Shown piece after piece: positions 18,555 to 28,213 of a DNA stretch of 64,000 nt. This DNA comes from an uncultured candidate division Zixibacteria bacterium. GTDB taxonomy: Bacteria; Zixibacteria; MSB-5A5; GN15; FEB-12. The notes beneath the pieces were generated by a model. That model had not been told where the DNA came from. It was given only the letters and a program-made list of their open reading frames with translations, and ran no database searches. Positions within the stretch are counted from its first letter, which is position 1. Each line of letters begins with the position of its first letter. The translations under genes were made by a program, and so were the position numbers. The stretch spans positions 192,001 to 256,000 of the forward strand of contig OY760907.1 of the NCBI GenBank assembly GCA_963664195.1, written 5' to 3'.

Positions 18555-18650
18555 AGTGCACCTACCTCCTTGCGTACTCGCAAGACCTCCCCATCAAAAT
18601 GGGGTCCAGCCTCTGCGTGTTTGTTTATCATAAATCTCATTCTTGTTGCC

Positions 18651-19058
18651 TTACAGTATGACCGCCGAGTCAATCGACGTTACAATTCCGTCTCTGAGGT
18701 TATTGCGGTCAAACGCCGTGATGACGGTGCGATTTTTCACCGACACGACCAGCGCCGAATCATCGGTAAGGATCAGCGTCTCACGTGATCCTTTGGCGGC
18801 GGCGGTGTCCACAGCGTTGGATATCTTGGTCAGCATTTCCTGCGAGATTTCAATCCCGCGAGAGAAAAGCCGTTCACTTGCATGCTTGGAAAAGGAAATG
18901 CCCTGATCGGCAGCCATCTCGTTTGAGAACATGTCCTTGAAGGACGCGTCACCGATTTCGCCGCTACTAATCGACGGCGCTTTACCGCGATTGGCGATTT
19001 CGGTCAGATTGACCGGCCGCTGGTAGTTGTTGATCTTGACTGCGTTTCCTATACTCAT
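18651..19058 (-). CDS. Flagellar operon protein (TIGR02530-like)
   Basis: FSKHASERL.SRGI and ALVVSVKNRTVITA...TSIDSAVI; sits between flgD and flgE. Confidence 0.88.
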   Translation of the reverse strand: MSIGNAVKINNYQRPVNLTEIANRGKAPSISSGEIGDASFKDMFSNEMAADQGISFSKHASERLFSRGIEISQEMLTKISNAVDTAAAKGSRETLILTDDSALVVSVKNRTVITAFDRNNLRDGIVTSIDSAVIL

Positions 19059-19117
19059 CTTACTGCTCTTCCTTCTCGACTCACTTCCATGTGAGGTCTT
19101 CAGGTGAGGTGAGGCCT

Positions 19118-19861
19118 TTAGCCCTCGTTTACATCATCGTTTCCGCTGCCGCCGTCATCACCGCTGCTGTCGCCGGTATCCGCAGATTCCGCAGCGCCGA
19201 TTGAGGTGATATCGCCAAGTGCCAACTCGGTGCCGTTGACCATCAGGTATGCCGAACCGTCGCGATACACAACTTTCTCGACAACTCCGACCAGTGACAG
19301 TTTCGGAGTAAAATCATCGCCCGACGGGTTGGTGCCGGTAGCTTCGACCGTGTAGAATCCTTCTGCCACGCGATTGCCAAGGCTGTCCTTTCCGTCCCAT
19401 TTTATCGATCCGGTGCCGGTAGCCACATCGCTCTGTTTCAGCGTAGTGACCACAGCGCCCTCGGAATCAAGAATCTTGAATTCGAGATCATTGGCATACT
19501 GAGTCGTTGAGTACGAAATCACCGGCTGGTTGCTGTCATCGATGTATACCGTCGAATAATCAGCGCTGACTTCCTTTCCGATGAAACCCGAAGCCATGAC
19601 GTTGTTCTGCGACTGCATCTGGAGATACGACCACTGGTTGGCAGTTTCGATCCCCTCGGAGATGTTGTTCATCTGTTCGAGCGAGGAAAACTGCGCCAAC
19701 TGCGCAATGAAGTCTTCATCGGCCATCGGCTCCAGGGGATCCTGATACTGCAGCTTGGTAATCATCAACTGCAGGAAATCATCCTTACCGAGCGACTGCA
19801 TACTGCCTGTGTCTTTGGCCACTCCGCTTGCGTCGGTTGCTACCGGTGAAATGAATCCCAT
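19118..19861 (-). CDS. flgD: Flagellar hook cap protein FlgD
   Basis: [22 protein letters not shown]...[10 protein letters not shown] plus FlgD Ig domain. Start ATG 19861 with AGGAG SD. Confidence 0.96.
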   Translation of the reverse strand: MGFISPVATDASGVAKDTGSMQSLGKDDFLQLMITKLQYQDPLEPMADEDFIAQLAQFSSLEQMNNISEGIETANQWSYLQMQSQNNVMASGFIGKEVSADYSTVYIDDSNQPVISYSTTQYANDLEFKILDSEGAVVTTLKQSDVATGTGSIKWDGKDSLGNRVAEGFYTVEATGTNPSGDDFTPKLSLVGVVEKVVYRDGSAYLMVNGTELALGDITSIGAAESADTGDSSGDDGGSGNDDVNEG

Positions 19862-19871
19862 CTTAACACTC

Positions 19872-21509
19872 CTATGCCAACAGGTTGACGCCGCTCGATC
19901 CGACATACTGCTGTGCGGCAGCCGCCATGACCGTTCGGGACATCGTTACCTGGTCCATTTCAAAGTCGTCGTCGTTGATACGGGTCTTCGCCTTGCGGCC
20001 GCCAGTCCAGGACGGGCGCTGGTCGAGGAATCGGTGTTGTGAGTTGCTGTCCAGAGTGACCTCAATATGGTCAACCGAGACACCGGCGCGTGAGAGCTGC
20101 TGGGTCAACTGATCCAGCGAATTCTCGACTGCCGCCTTGGCCGCCGGGGAGTCAACCGACACACGGGCGGTCAACAGGTCGTTACGCATTGTCAGATGCA
20201 AACGGGCCGGGCCAAGATGATCCGGCTGGATTCGCAGCATAATCGACTGTCCGCCTGCCTTAAGTGGCTTGTCAAAAGTCTCCGGAATGCTCAGGCGCAC
20301 GCGGGGTGTTTCCACTTCCTGAGAGGAGAGCTTCGAAAACACCGCGCCCTTTTCGATCAGGGAATCATCGCTGAACATGACCTGCGAGGTCGTCGACTGC
20401 TGAGTCTCAACCCCGGTAATCCGATCGGCAATATCAAACGGCATTTTCGTTGTCGTGATTTTGGACGGCACCGCCACCTCTCGGAAGATCGGACGTGTCC
20501 TGGGCGACGTGGGAACGTTGTCGCCGGGAATGTCACTGCTTCGCTGGTGTGACCGTGAATTCTGCGGTTCCACGGTGCCGCTTAGTCTTGATGTCTTCTT
20601 GGTCTCGATATCCTGCTTGCGCAGGTTGCTCTTGATAATGACCTGGCTGCCTGCATCTTCGGCTACGATACTCAGTGCGACCGGCTGTTTCTGGGCCGCG
20701 GTCGTCTGAACTTGATCGTCCAGTTTGATATCGACGGCTTTCAAATTCAGGCGGGAAACAAGTTCCTCGAACTGAATCGTCTTCTGCGTCTGAGCATCAA
20801 AAAGCGGAGTCTTTGCAGACGGCTGATATTCAATTGGCCGTACATCGTTCGGGCGCGTGACTTCAGCATCGGCCAGCAATTTGGTCGGAATCGAAATCTT
20901 GACCGGTTCGGCCTGATCACCCTCTCCGGCAACTGTCAGTTGCAGCTTACCGGAATCGACTTTGGCATCGAGAATCTTGTAGATTGCCGACTCCAGCAAT
21001 TCCGGTTGGTTATCAAAGAGATTCTGAATATTCGGATTATGGATAGCAGCCCGCGCGACCAGCTCTTCAACCTCGGCCGTTTCGACAACCGGCAGGTTGT
21101 CAGTCGGCATCGGCACCGACACAGCCGGCTTCGATTGATCGGGCACGGGTCCTTGAGCATTCTGAGCCAGTGCGTTTTCCTGCGTGCCAAGGATGTCGGC
21201 ACCGGGCAGCAGACTCATGAAGTTGCCGACAGCAAGCAGCTCTGGCTTCGGATCGGTCTGAGGCACGGTGACTTCAGCATCCTCGGTCGGGATCAGAGTC
21301 TCGAACGGGACAGCCTCGATCTGCGCTTGCAGAAGATCGGTACGCGGGGTGAGTTGGAGACCGTTGTCTCCGGCCAACATCGCCAGCATTTCGCCAAACG
21401 GCGTACTCGGCTGCTCGCCCGAAACAGGCATCCCGGCCTGACCCGATGCCTGAACATCGACTCCGCCGAGCAACTGATCGAGTATGTTGGCTGAACCCTG
21501 CAACATCAT
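19872..21509 (-). CDS. fliK: Flagellar hook-length control protein FliK
   Basis: Low-complexity N-terminal region and C-terminal [11 protein letters not shown] domain; directly upstream of flgD. Confidence 0.88.
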   Translation of the reverse strand: MMLQGSANILDQLLGGVDVQASGQAGMPVSGEQPSTPFGEMLAMLAGDNGLQLTPRTDLLQAQIEAVPFETLIPTEDAEVTVPQTDPKPELLAVGNFMSLLPGADILGTQENALAQNAQGPVPDQSKPAVSVPMPTDNLPVVETAEVEELVARAAIHNPNIQNLFDNQPELLESAIYKILDAKVDSGKLQLTVAGEGDQAEPVKISIPTKLLADAEVTRPNDVRPIEYQPSAKTPLFDAQTQKTIQFEELVSRLNLKAVDIKLDDQVQTTAAQKQPVALSIVAEDAGSQVIIKSNLRKQDIETKKTSRLSGTVEPQNSRSHQRSSDIPGDNVPTSPRTRPIFREVAVPSKITTTKMPFDIADRITGVETQQSTTSQVMFSDDSLIEKGAVFSKLSSQEVETPRVRLSIPETFDKPLKAGGQSIMLRIQPDHLGPARLHLTMRNDLLTARVSVDSPAAKAAVENSLDQLTQQLSRAGVSVDHIEVTLDSNSQHRFLDQRPSWTGGRKAKTRINDDDFEMDQVTMSRTVMAAAAQQYVGSSGVNLLA

Positions 21510-21511
21510 TC

Positions 21512-22300
21512 TTATTTCTCTGCTATCGTTATCATCTGTTTCGAGAGCTTCGCGGCTCGCTTCGCCGGCATGAGCTGGAGAAGCTGCGAGGCATTCTTCT
21601 GTTTCATACGCGGGAGAATCGAGACGACCGTGGCATCATCAAGGTTGGCGGCCAGATTGGCTACCGCCCGAGACTCCATGCCGTCATACAACTTGGCAAG
21701 CTGCGCGATACGCGAAGATTCTGCCTGTTCAATCCGCATAATTTTCTGGGAAACTGAGCGGTCGAGTTTGGCCAGTTCTGCCTCGCGGGACGCAAGGTTC
21801 TTTTCGCGCTCGGCTAGTTTGGCCTTCTCGGCCTCGATCCAATTGGCCTGTTCCAGAGAGTCCTCAACCGACATGCCGCCGTCGACCTCGCCGAGCTCAC
21901 CAACTTCCGGATCGTAATCAAGGATTTCGAGGTTGGCCATGATATTCTCAAGCACGGATTCATCCTGCTCGAGCAGCGCCATGATTGAGTCTTCTTCGGA
22001 CATATAACCGGCTATCTCTTCGTGAGCGTCGTCAGCCGATTCCTCGTGAGCCTCGGTGTGAGACTCGACTTTGGTAGCCTCGTGTGAATCAGCGACCTCA
22101 TGGGTACCACCCTGCTCATCCGCAGGTGCCTCGGCCTCATGGTCGCCACCGACAAACATCAGCGTCACAACAATCACTGCGACGACTGCGACAAGACCAA
22201 TGCCGCCGATAAGCAGATACTTCATCATACCGCTTTTCTTTGGTGTCTCTTCCGCCGGAGTCTCAGTTTGTGTCGCTTCTTCAGTCACTTTTTTCTCCAA
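21512..22300 (-). CDS. MotE/FlbB(YlxF)-like flagellar protein (TM, coiled coil, MgtE_N-like)
   Basis: LAKLYDGME..A...ILPRMKQKNASQLLQLMPAKRAA; first gene of the operon, TTG start. Confidence 0.75.
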   Translation of the reverse strand: MEKKVTEEATQTETPAEETPKKSGMMKYLLIGGIGLVAVVAVIVVTLMFVGGDHEAEAPADEQGGTHEVADSHEATKVESHTEAHEESADDAHEEIAGYMSEEDSIMALLEQDESVLENIMANLEILDYDPEVGELGEVDGGMSVEDSLEQANWIEAEKAKLAEREKNLASREAELAKLDRSVSQKIMRIEQAESSRIAQLAKLYDGMESRAVANLAANLDDATVVSILPRMKQKNASQLLQLMPAKRAAKLSKQMITIAEK

Positions 22301-22327
22301 AACATACTATTTTCCCACCCTCAATTG

Positions 22328-22343
22328 AGCAAGGTCTGTGCCA
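22328..22343 (-). promoter_or_regulatory. sigma54 -24/-12 promoter of the flagellar operon
   Basis: Minus strand TGGCACAGACCTTGCT, an exact match to TGGCAC-N5-TTGCW, just upstream of the first gene. Confidence 0.88.
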
Positions 22344-22430
22344 AACCTGCACACGCATTCGCAAGCCACTGCATAACACTACCTTACGCGCCATCGGATT
22401 GACTCGCGATTCACATGCAAATCGAATACG

Positions 22431-22469
22431 CAGGAAGATTTTTCCGGAGAGTCAGGAAGAAATTGCGCT
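22431..22469. promoter_or_regulatory. Paired 17-bp enhancer-like sites (bEBP UAS)
   Basis: CAGGAAGATTTTTCCGG (22431-22447) and CAGGAAGAAATTGCGCT (22453-22469), 22-bp offset, ~90 bp upstream of -24. Confidence 0.6.
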
Positions 22470-22489
22470 GAAAGTGGGAGAAAGTCTTA

Positions 22490-22591
22490 GCAGGTCAGTC
22501 CCGTCCTCGGGGCTGGCTGAAAAGACAGTGGCAGAACCACTCAGACAAGTCAGCGACAGACACCAGTCCGTCTACTCGGGTTCTGCCCTAC
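22490..22591. repeat. REP-like inverted hairpin doublet (GTAG-type ends)
   Basis: GCAG-GTCAGTCCCG-TCCTC-GGGGCTGGC, then GGCAGAACC...GGTTCTGCC-CTAC. The arms of the first hairpin are identical to the reverse complement of the hairpin at 25137-25160. Confidence 0.6.
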
Positions 22592-22633
22592 AAGAGAAAC
22601 CGCATCGCGCTATTAATGTGAGAGAGAAGAAGA

Positions 22634-23938
22634 CTACAGCAGGTCGCCCTTGACATGATTGTCCTTGGCAGAAGTCACGAGATACTTCACGATCTGGCGG
22701 CCACCTTCGAAATCAAGCGGCAGGCTGACCTTGGTGTAATTGCCGGCGATCCCCCAGAAAGTCCCCCGATCAACTTTCTTGTGCTCGGCGATAACGTCCA
22801 GAATACGACCGATCTGGCGACGGTTGGATCTCCGAAGGGTGCAGCGTGACACATCCTTGAGCGTCTTGTTGCGGGCTTTGATGACCTCGGTCGGAACTTT
22901 GTTACAAAACTCAGACGCCTTTGTACCCGGACGATCTGAGTAGCTGAAAACATGCAGGTAGTCGAGCAGCCCCGACGAGGCAACTTTGACGCTCTCAGCG
23001 AAATCCGCGTCGGTCTCCCCCGGGAATCCGACTATAATATCTGCGCCGATTACCGTATCCGGCTGTGCCTTTCGCAGCGCTGCGACTCGATGCAGGTACG
23101 TTTCCTGATCGTAAGGACGCCGCATCAGCCGGAGGATTCTCGAAGACCCCGACTGCAGCGGAAGGTGCATATGGCGGCAAATCCGTTCTCCGGCTTCAAC
23201 ATATACTTCCAGTAACTCGTCACGAACAGTCTGTGGTTCGATCGAAGAAAGCCGAATGCGCCCAACCTCGGTTTCACTCAGGATTAACCGGCAAAGATGC
23301 GCGAGGTTCTTGACATCCGGCGCCCCGGTCCGATGCTTGTAATGCCCCAGGTGAAGCCCGGTAAGAACGACTTCTTGAAAACCATGATTGACCAGACCGC
23401 GGACTTCCTCGATGATCTCAGCCGCGGGACGGTTGACAAGATGCCCGCGCACCGAAGGCAGAATACAGAACGCGCAACGTTGGTTGCACCCGTCGGACAC
23501 TTTCAACCAGGAACGGTTGAACTGGTCGAACCGCGCGACACCGTCGCATTCGTCCAATAGAGGCTCTGACTTAAACAATTCTGGAAGCCGCCCCGGCAGG
23601 ATTTCGGCGATGCGCTGCTTGTCCTCGTTGGCAATGAGAACATCAACTCCTCCCATATCCGAGACGAACTCGGGGTCCTTGTTGACATAACATCCGGCAA
23701 CGACAATGCGGGCGTCCGGGTTCTCACGCTGCGCCCGATGAATCAGATAGCGATTATCGGAATCAGCACGATGCGTCACGGTGCAGGTATTGATAATGTA
23801 CAGATCAGCCGGTTCCCCGCGTTTGACCCGTCGAAACCCATACGGCATCAGGGCGGCGGCCATTTTCTCAGTCTCGTATTGATTGAGACGACAGCCCACT
23901 GTCTGGAGTGAGATTCGTTTTGGTGCAGATTCGGCCAT
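22634..23938 (-). CDS. mtaB: tRNA t6A37 methylthiotransferase MtaB
   Basis: TVGCRLNQYE, INTCTVT, radical SAM CNQRCAFC, RLSSIEP, HVFSYSDRPGT. Start at ATG 23938. Confidence 0.93.
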   Translation of the reverse strand: MAESAPKRISLQTVGCRLNQYETEKMAAALMPYGFRRVKRGEPADLYIINTCTVTHRADSDNRYLIHRAQRENPDARIVVAGCYVNKDPEFVSDMGGVDVLIANEDKQRIAEILPGRLPELFKSEPLLDECDGVARFDQFNRSWLKVSDGCNQRCAFCILPSVRGHLVNRPAAEIIEEVRGLVNHGFQEVVLTGLHLGHYKHRTGAPDVKNLAHLCRLILSETEVGRIRLSSIEPQTVRDELLEVYVEAGERICRHMHLPLQSGSSRILRLMRRPYDQETYLHRVAALRKAQPDTVIGADIIVGFPGETDADFAESVKVASSGLLDYLHVFSYSDRPGTKASEFCNKVPTEVIKARNKTLKDVSRCTLRRSNRRQIGRILDVIAEHKKVDRGTFWGIAGNYTKVSLPLDFEGGRQIVKYLVTSAKDNHVKGDLL

Positions 23939-23943
23939 GCTGT

Positions 23944-24936
23944 CTACGACACCCGCTTGCCGTCCAGGCGTTTCCAAAACAGACCGACGGCGTGAGCGAC
24001 ATCATCAGCACAGGCTATGTTCTCAAGCGACACCCGGAACTCCTTGGCTCCGGGGAAACCGGAAGCGTAGGCCATCAGGTGTTTGCGCATGACGATGAAG
24101 TTCTTCTCCTCCCCAAAGGTCTCCTCGAAAATGCGCGCATGTCTGAGCATGGCCTCGAACATCTCTCCGCGCGAGACGTCCTTGATATCCTTCTCGCGGC
24201 TAAACAGCCACGGGTTACCGAAAATAGCCCGTCCAAACATGACACCGTCGACGCCTGTCTTCGCAACAAGCTCATCGGCCTGTGCCAGCGACTTCACGTC
24301 GCCGTTGCCTAGTATCAACACGCCGCTGCCTTTGGCCATCTCGACCGGAATGTGCATAAGCTCCCAGTGTGCAGCAACTTTGGACATTTCCTTGCGAGTC
24401 CGCAGGTGGAATATAATCGCGGCCGGATTCGATGCGAGCAACGCCTCCGTCCATTCCTCTATCTGCACCTGGCTGAAGCCGATTCGCGTTTTCACTGAAA
24501 CCGGCAGATCCCCGGCGCCTTCGATAGTCGCCTGTACTATATCCTGAGCCAGTGTAGGCGTTTTTATCAGGGCCGCGCCGGAACCGCCCTTGCAGACAGC
24601 TTTGTCGGGACAGCCCATATTGATGTCGATTCCGTCGAACCCGAGTTCAATCGCCAACCGTGCGCATTCCCGAAAATACTCCGGCTTCTTGCCGAAAAAC
24701 TGCGCGACAATCGGCCGCTCGGATTCATCGTACCGAAGATTCCGCACGAGCGGCTCGCGACCGGCACTGCAAAGCCCGTCGACCGAAACGAACTCGGTGA
24801 AGGTGACGTCCGGCTTGCCGCACTGGGCAATCAGTTTCCGCGAGGCGGCATCGGTAACGTCCGACATCGGAGCAAGGGCCATGATCGGTTTTTCGATCTT
24901 GTCCCAGAATCCCTTTTTGCTGATTAACTTGCTCAC
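23944..24936 (-). CDS. tRNA-dihydrouridine synthase (Dus family)
   Basis: LAPMSDVTD, GIDINMGCP, VSVKTRIG, GNGDV, GVMFGRA.FGNPW. Confidence 0.93.
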   Translation of the reverse strand: MSKLISKKGFWDKIEKPIMALAPMSDVTDAASRKLIAQCGKPDVTFTEFVSVDGLCSAGREPLVRNLRYDESERPIVAQFFGKKPEYFRECARLAIELGFDGIDINMGCPDKAVCKGGSGAALIKTPTLAQDIVQATIEGAGDLPVSVKTRIGFSQVQIEEWTEALLASNPAAIIFHLRTRKEMSKVAAHWELMHIPVEMAKGSGVLILGNGDVKSLAQADELVAKTGVDGVMFGRAIFGNPWLFSREKDIKDVSRGEMFEAMLRHARIFEETFGEEKNFIVMRKHLMAYASGFPGAKEFRVSLENIACADDVAHAVGLFWKRLDGKRVS

Positions 24937-25025
24937 GTCTTACAGAACTCGTGTTTCTTTCAATTGTGCCTGCGAATAACCGACCGAATCTCTCTATCTC
25001 TTTGCTCGCGACCGTCAGGGTTCCA

Positions 25026-25210
25026 GGGGCTGTCCCAAAAGCCATAAGTCCATGATGTCTTGTCATGGGCTGCTTGCCAGTATCAACATGACCAATGCCG
25101 CAACGCTGGCGTCGCGACTACTTACGAACATTGTAGGCCAGCCCCATCTTCGGGACTGACATTCAACTGTCAGAACCACAGGGGTTTCGACCTACTTTTG
25201 ACACAGCCTC
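25026..25210. mobile_element. MITE-like non-autonomous element, 185 bp
   Basis: Imperfect 16-bp terminal inverted repeats GGGGCTGTCCCAAAAG / CTTTTGACACAGCCTC (13/16), flanked by direct repeat TCCA at 25022-25025 and 25211-25214; no ORF. Confidence 0.6.
25133..25195. repeat. GTAG-type REP doublet (REPIN-like)
   Basis: GTAG-GCCAGCCCC-ATCTT-CGGGACTGAC, then in inverted orientation GTCAGAACC-ACAGG-GGTTTCGAC-CTAC. Confidence 0.65.
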
Positions 25211-25253
25211 TCCACTCCTGACGCGTACCGGAAGTACCGGTCAAATACCTATC

Positions 25254-25286
25254 AAAAAAACGGCGGCCAACATTCTGGCCGCCGTT
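25254..25286 (-). terminator. Rho-independent terminator after rpsA
   Basis: AACGGCGGCCA-gaatgt-TGGCCGCCGTT hairpin followed by a T-run on the minus strand. Confidence 0.85.
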
Positions 25287-25308
25287 GTTGACTATACGAA
25301 GCAGTAGA

Positions 25309-27390
25309 CTACTCTTTCGTCCCCTCGGAATCGTCAGTCGTCTCGTCCGGGGCCGCGTCTTCCGGCGCAGCTTCCTGCGGCGCGGTTTCTTCCGCAACCG
25401 GCTCCTCGACAACAGACTCCTCCGGAGCCGATGCTGCTGCCCTCAGATTCTCCGGCATGGCGTCAGCCATCGCACCAGACATGTCTGTGCTGTGCCTGTC
25501 CAGGTACTCATCGAATTCGGAGCGCTCGCGCTTTTTGTAGTAAGCGACTGCCGACAGGACCACCTTGTGCTGGTTCTGATCGAATTCGATTACCGTGAGC
25601 GGAATCTGCTCGCCGTCATTGAATACGCCGGTCGGGTCGGAAAGGTCCTTGGCACCAAGCTGGCTGGTAGGTACGAATCCCTCGACAGCATCGCCGAGAT
25701 CAACAACCACACCACGGTCGAACACCTTGACAATCGTGCCGAGGCATTCGGCACCGACACCAAGTTTCTTCGACAGCTCCGGCCACGGATCATCGCTCAG
25801 CTGCTTGTAGCCGAGCGAAATACGACGGTTGTCGTGATCAATCTTGATCACCTTAACCTCAACCGTATCACCCTTCTTGATAACTTCCGACGGATGCTGA
25901 ATCCGGCGCGTCCAGGACATATCTGAGATGTGCACCAGGCCGTCGATACCTTCTTCAAGCTCCACGAAAGCACCAAAAGCGGTCAGATTGCGCACCTTGC
26001 CGCTGATGACTTTGCCGATCGGATACTTGCCGTCAATCGTCATCCACGGGTCCGGTTCCATCTGCTTGATACCAAGAGAAATCTTCTCGTTATCCTTGTC
26101 TACCGAAAGCACAACCGCTTCGATCTGGTCGTTGACGGCCATGATCTTCGACGGGTGCTTGATATGCTGGGTCCAGGACATCTCGGAAATATGAATAAGT
26201 CCTTCGATACCCTTCTCCAGCTCGACAAAGGCGCCGTAATCGGTGATGGAAACCACACGACCGGTGACTTTCTTGCCAAGCGGATACTTCTCTTCGATGT
26301 TTTCCCACGGATACGGGGTCATCTGCTTCAGGCCAAGCGAAATACGCGTGGTCTTATCATCGAAATCAAGAATCTTGACTTCAATCTTGTCGCCCAGGGT
26401 AACCATTTCCGAAGGATGACGGACCCGGCCCCAGGACATGTCGGTGATGTGCAACAGTCCGTCGACACCACCCATATCAATGAAGACACCAAAATCGGTA
26501 ACGTTCTTGACCACGCCTTCGCGGATCTGGCCGACTTCAATCTCCTGCAGAAGAGCTTCACGCATATGTTCGCGCTCTTTTTCCAGCACGACACGACGCG
26601 ACACCACGATATTGCGGCGGCTCTTATTCAACTTGATAATCTTGACGCTGATTTCCTTGCCGATGAGGGCGTCGAAATCAGGGACCTGACGCAGAGAAAT
26701 CTGCGAACCCGGCAGGAAGGCATCAACACCCTTGATGTCAACCACCACGCCACCTTTGATGCGGCGCATGATCTTGCCCTCAATCGACTCTCCCGCGTCA
26801 TGTACGTCGCGGATGTTATCCCAGACGCGCATGAAGTCAGCTTTCTGCTTGGAGAGCAGAAGCTGCCCGTTCTGATCTTCCATCTGTTCCAAGAAGACGT
26901 CGATCTCTTCGCCGACGCCGATGTTCAACGGCTTCGGGAATTCACTGATCGGGATGATACCTTCGGACTTGAAGCCCACGTCGACGATAACGTCGTCGGG
27001 ATTGACTCCGATTACGGTACCGTGAACGATTTCACCTTCTTTGATGTCTTTGATAGTCGCATCGTACATGTCGACCATGGCGTCATAGTCTTCTTTGTCG
27101 TAGACAACGCCAGAGACATCGGTGATTTTCATCGCCTTGATTTCATCATCCGGGACGACAGGTTTTGGTGCCGGTTTGATTTTGGCCTTTTCGACCATTC
27201 TCTGACGGCGGGCGGTCATTACGCGCTCAGCAACAGTTGTCTCCGTTTGCTGGAGAGCGGCGTCATCGGTTATCACGACATCCGTCTTGACAATCTTCGA
27301 TTTGACCTTAGTAGTTTTCTTGGCGCTGGTTGCTTTACGTTTTGACGGTTTCACAACCCGGCCTGCATTGGTTTTGTTGGCTTCTGCCAT
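25309..27390 (-). CDS. rpsA: 30S ribosomal protein S1 with N- and C-terminal extensions
   Basis: Six S1 repeats (DFGVFIDMGGVDGLLHITDMSW etc.). Start ATG 27390 with AAGGAGG upstream; follows cmk-plsC. Confidence 0.97.
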   Translation of the reverse strand: MAEANKTNAGRVVKPSKRKATSAKKTTKVKSKIVKTDVVITDDAALQQTETTVAERVMTARRQRMVEKAKIKPAPKPVVPDDEIKAMKITDVSGVVYDKEDYDAMVDMYDATIKDIKEGEIVHGTVIGVNPDDVIVDVGFKSEGIIPISEFPKPLNIGVGEEIDVFLEQMEDQNGQLLLSKQKADFMRVWDNIRDVHDAGESIEGKIMRRIKGGVVVDIKGVDAFLPGSQISLRQVPDFDALIGKEISVKIIKLNKSRRNIVVSRRVVLEKEREHMREALLQEIEVGQIREGVVKNVTDFGVFIDMGGVDGLLHITDMSWGRVRHPSEMVTLGDKIEVKILDFDDKTTRISLGLKQMTPYPWENIEEKYPLGKKVTGRVVSITDYGAFVELEKGIEGLIHISEMSWTQHIKHPSKIMAVNDQIEAVVLSVDKDNEKISLGIKQMEPDPWMTIDGKYPIGKVISGKVRNLTAFGAFVELEEGIDGLVHISDMSWTRRIQHPSEVIKKGDTVEVKVIKIDHDNRRISLGYKQLSDDPWPELSKKLGVGAECLGTIVKVFDRGVVVDLGDAVEGFVPTSQLGAKDLSDPTGVFNDGEQIPLTVIEFDQNQHKVVLSAVAYYKKRERSEFDEYLDRHSTDMSGAMADAMPENLRAAASAPEESVVEEPVAEETAPQEAAPEDAAPDETTDDSEGTKE

Positions 27391-27501
27391 TGATAAAAAA
27401 AGAACCTCCTTAAAACTATCCGGCAGGTTTGGATTTTTCCCAGAGGGAAACCCGCCGAACAAACTGCCTCGGAGTCGTTCTCCAAAGTGAGGCAGTCAAC
27501 C

Positions 27502-27529
27502 TATATAATCAAATTTACGGGAATTTCAA
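27502..27529 (-). promoter_or_regulatory. sigma70-like promoter of rpsA
   Basis: Minus strand TTGAAA-N16-TATATA. Confidence 0.5.
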
Positions 27530-27586
27530 GCGGTTTTTGACCCCAAAACCGCTTTTATGACAACAACTTGATGTCCCTGACCGGGG

Positions 27587-28213
27587 TCACTCGGATGCGA
27601 CCACCGACGCCTTGATTTGACCGATTCGCTCCATTACGGCCGAAGCTATCTGCTCATAGCCTTCTTTCCCTTTCGGGAAAGACATGACCCAGTCGGCGCC
27701 AAACGGCTCTCCGTAGGTGATTGAGAGCCTCTGGCGGCCTTTGAAACAGTCTCCAGGATGGTTCGATCCGTGCACATAAGCCGGCACAATGGGGCATTTT
27801 GCCCGGGTCGCGATCATGCCGATGCCGGCTTTGGGACGCAGGAATTGATCTGTTTTGGAGCGAGTGCCTTCGGGAAAGAAGGTCAGTCCGAACCCCCTGC
27901 GAATGACCTCCACTGACACGTGAATAGCCTTACGGTCCATGGCTCCCCGCTTCACCGGGAGAGCGTTTGTCCTCGTTATCAGACCGCCCGCCACAGGATT
28001 ACGGAACAACTCCTCTTTGGCGAGGAAGTAGACCTCGCGAGTGATCCAGCTTCCCACCAACGGCGGGTCGTAATTGGAGATATGATTTGAAGCCAGGATG
28101 AATCCGCCCTGCCTGGGAATGTTCTCCTGTCCCTGTGTTTTGATCCTGAAGAAAAGCTTACTGACCACACGGGTGAGGAACCATCCGCCCCAGTAGAAAG
28201 GTCTGAGTCTCAC
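27587..28213 (-). CDS. plsC: 1-acyl-sn-glycerol-3-phosphate acyltransferase
   Basis: NHISNYDP (HxxxxD) and FFPEGTRS. GTG start overlaps the cmk stop. Confidence 0.92.
   Translation of the reverse strand: MRLRPFYWGGWFLTRVVSKLFFRIKTQGQENIPRQGGFILASNHISNYDPPLVGSWITREVYFLAKEELFRNPVAGGLITRTNALPVKRGAMDRKAIHVSVEVIRRGFGLTFFPEGTRSKTDQFLRPKAGIGMIATRAKCPIVPAYVHGSNHPGDCFKGRQRLSITYGEPFGADWVMSFPKGKEGYEQIASAVMERIGQIKASVVASE

Noticed and set aside
25930..27345. 471-aa plus-strand ORF, and similar long antisense ORFs (3286-4194, 7324-8238, 35055-36296, 46394-47236, 50829-51668)
   Set aside because: They lie wholly opposite well-supported genes, have no recognisable motifs and are expected shadows of GC-biased codon usage.
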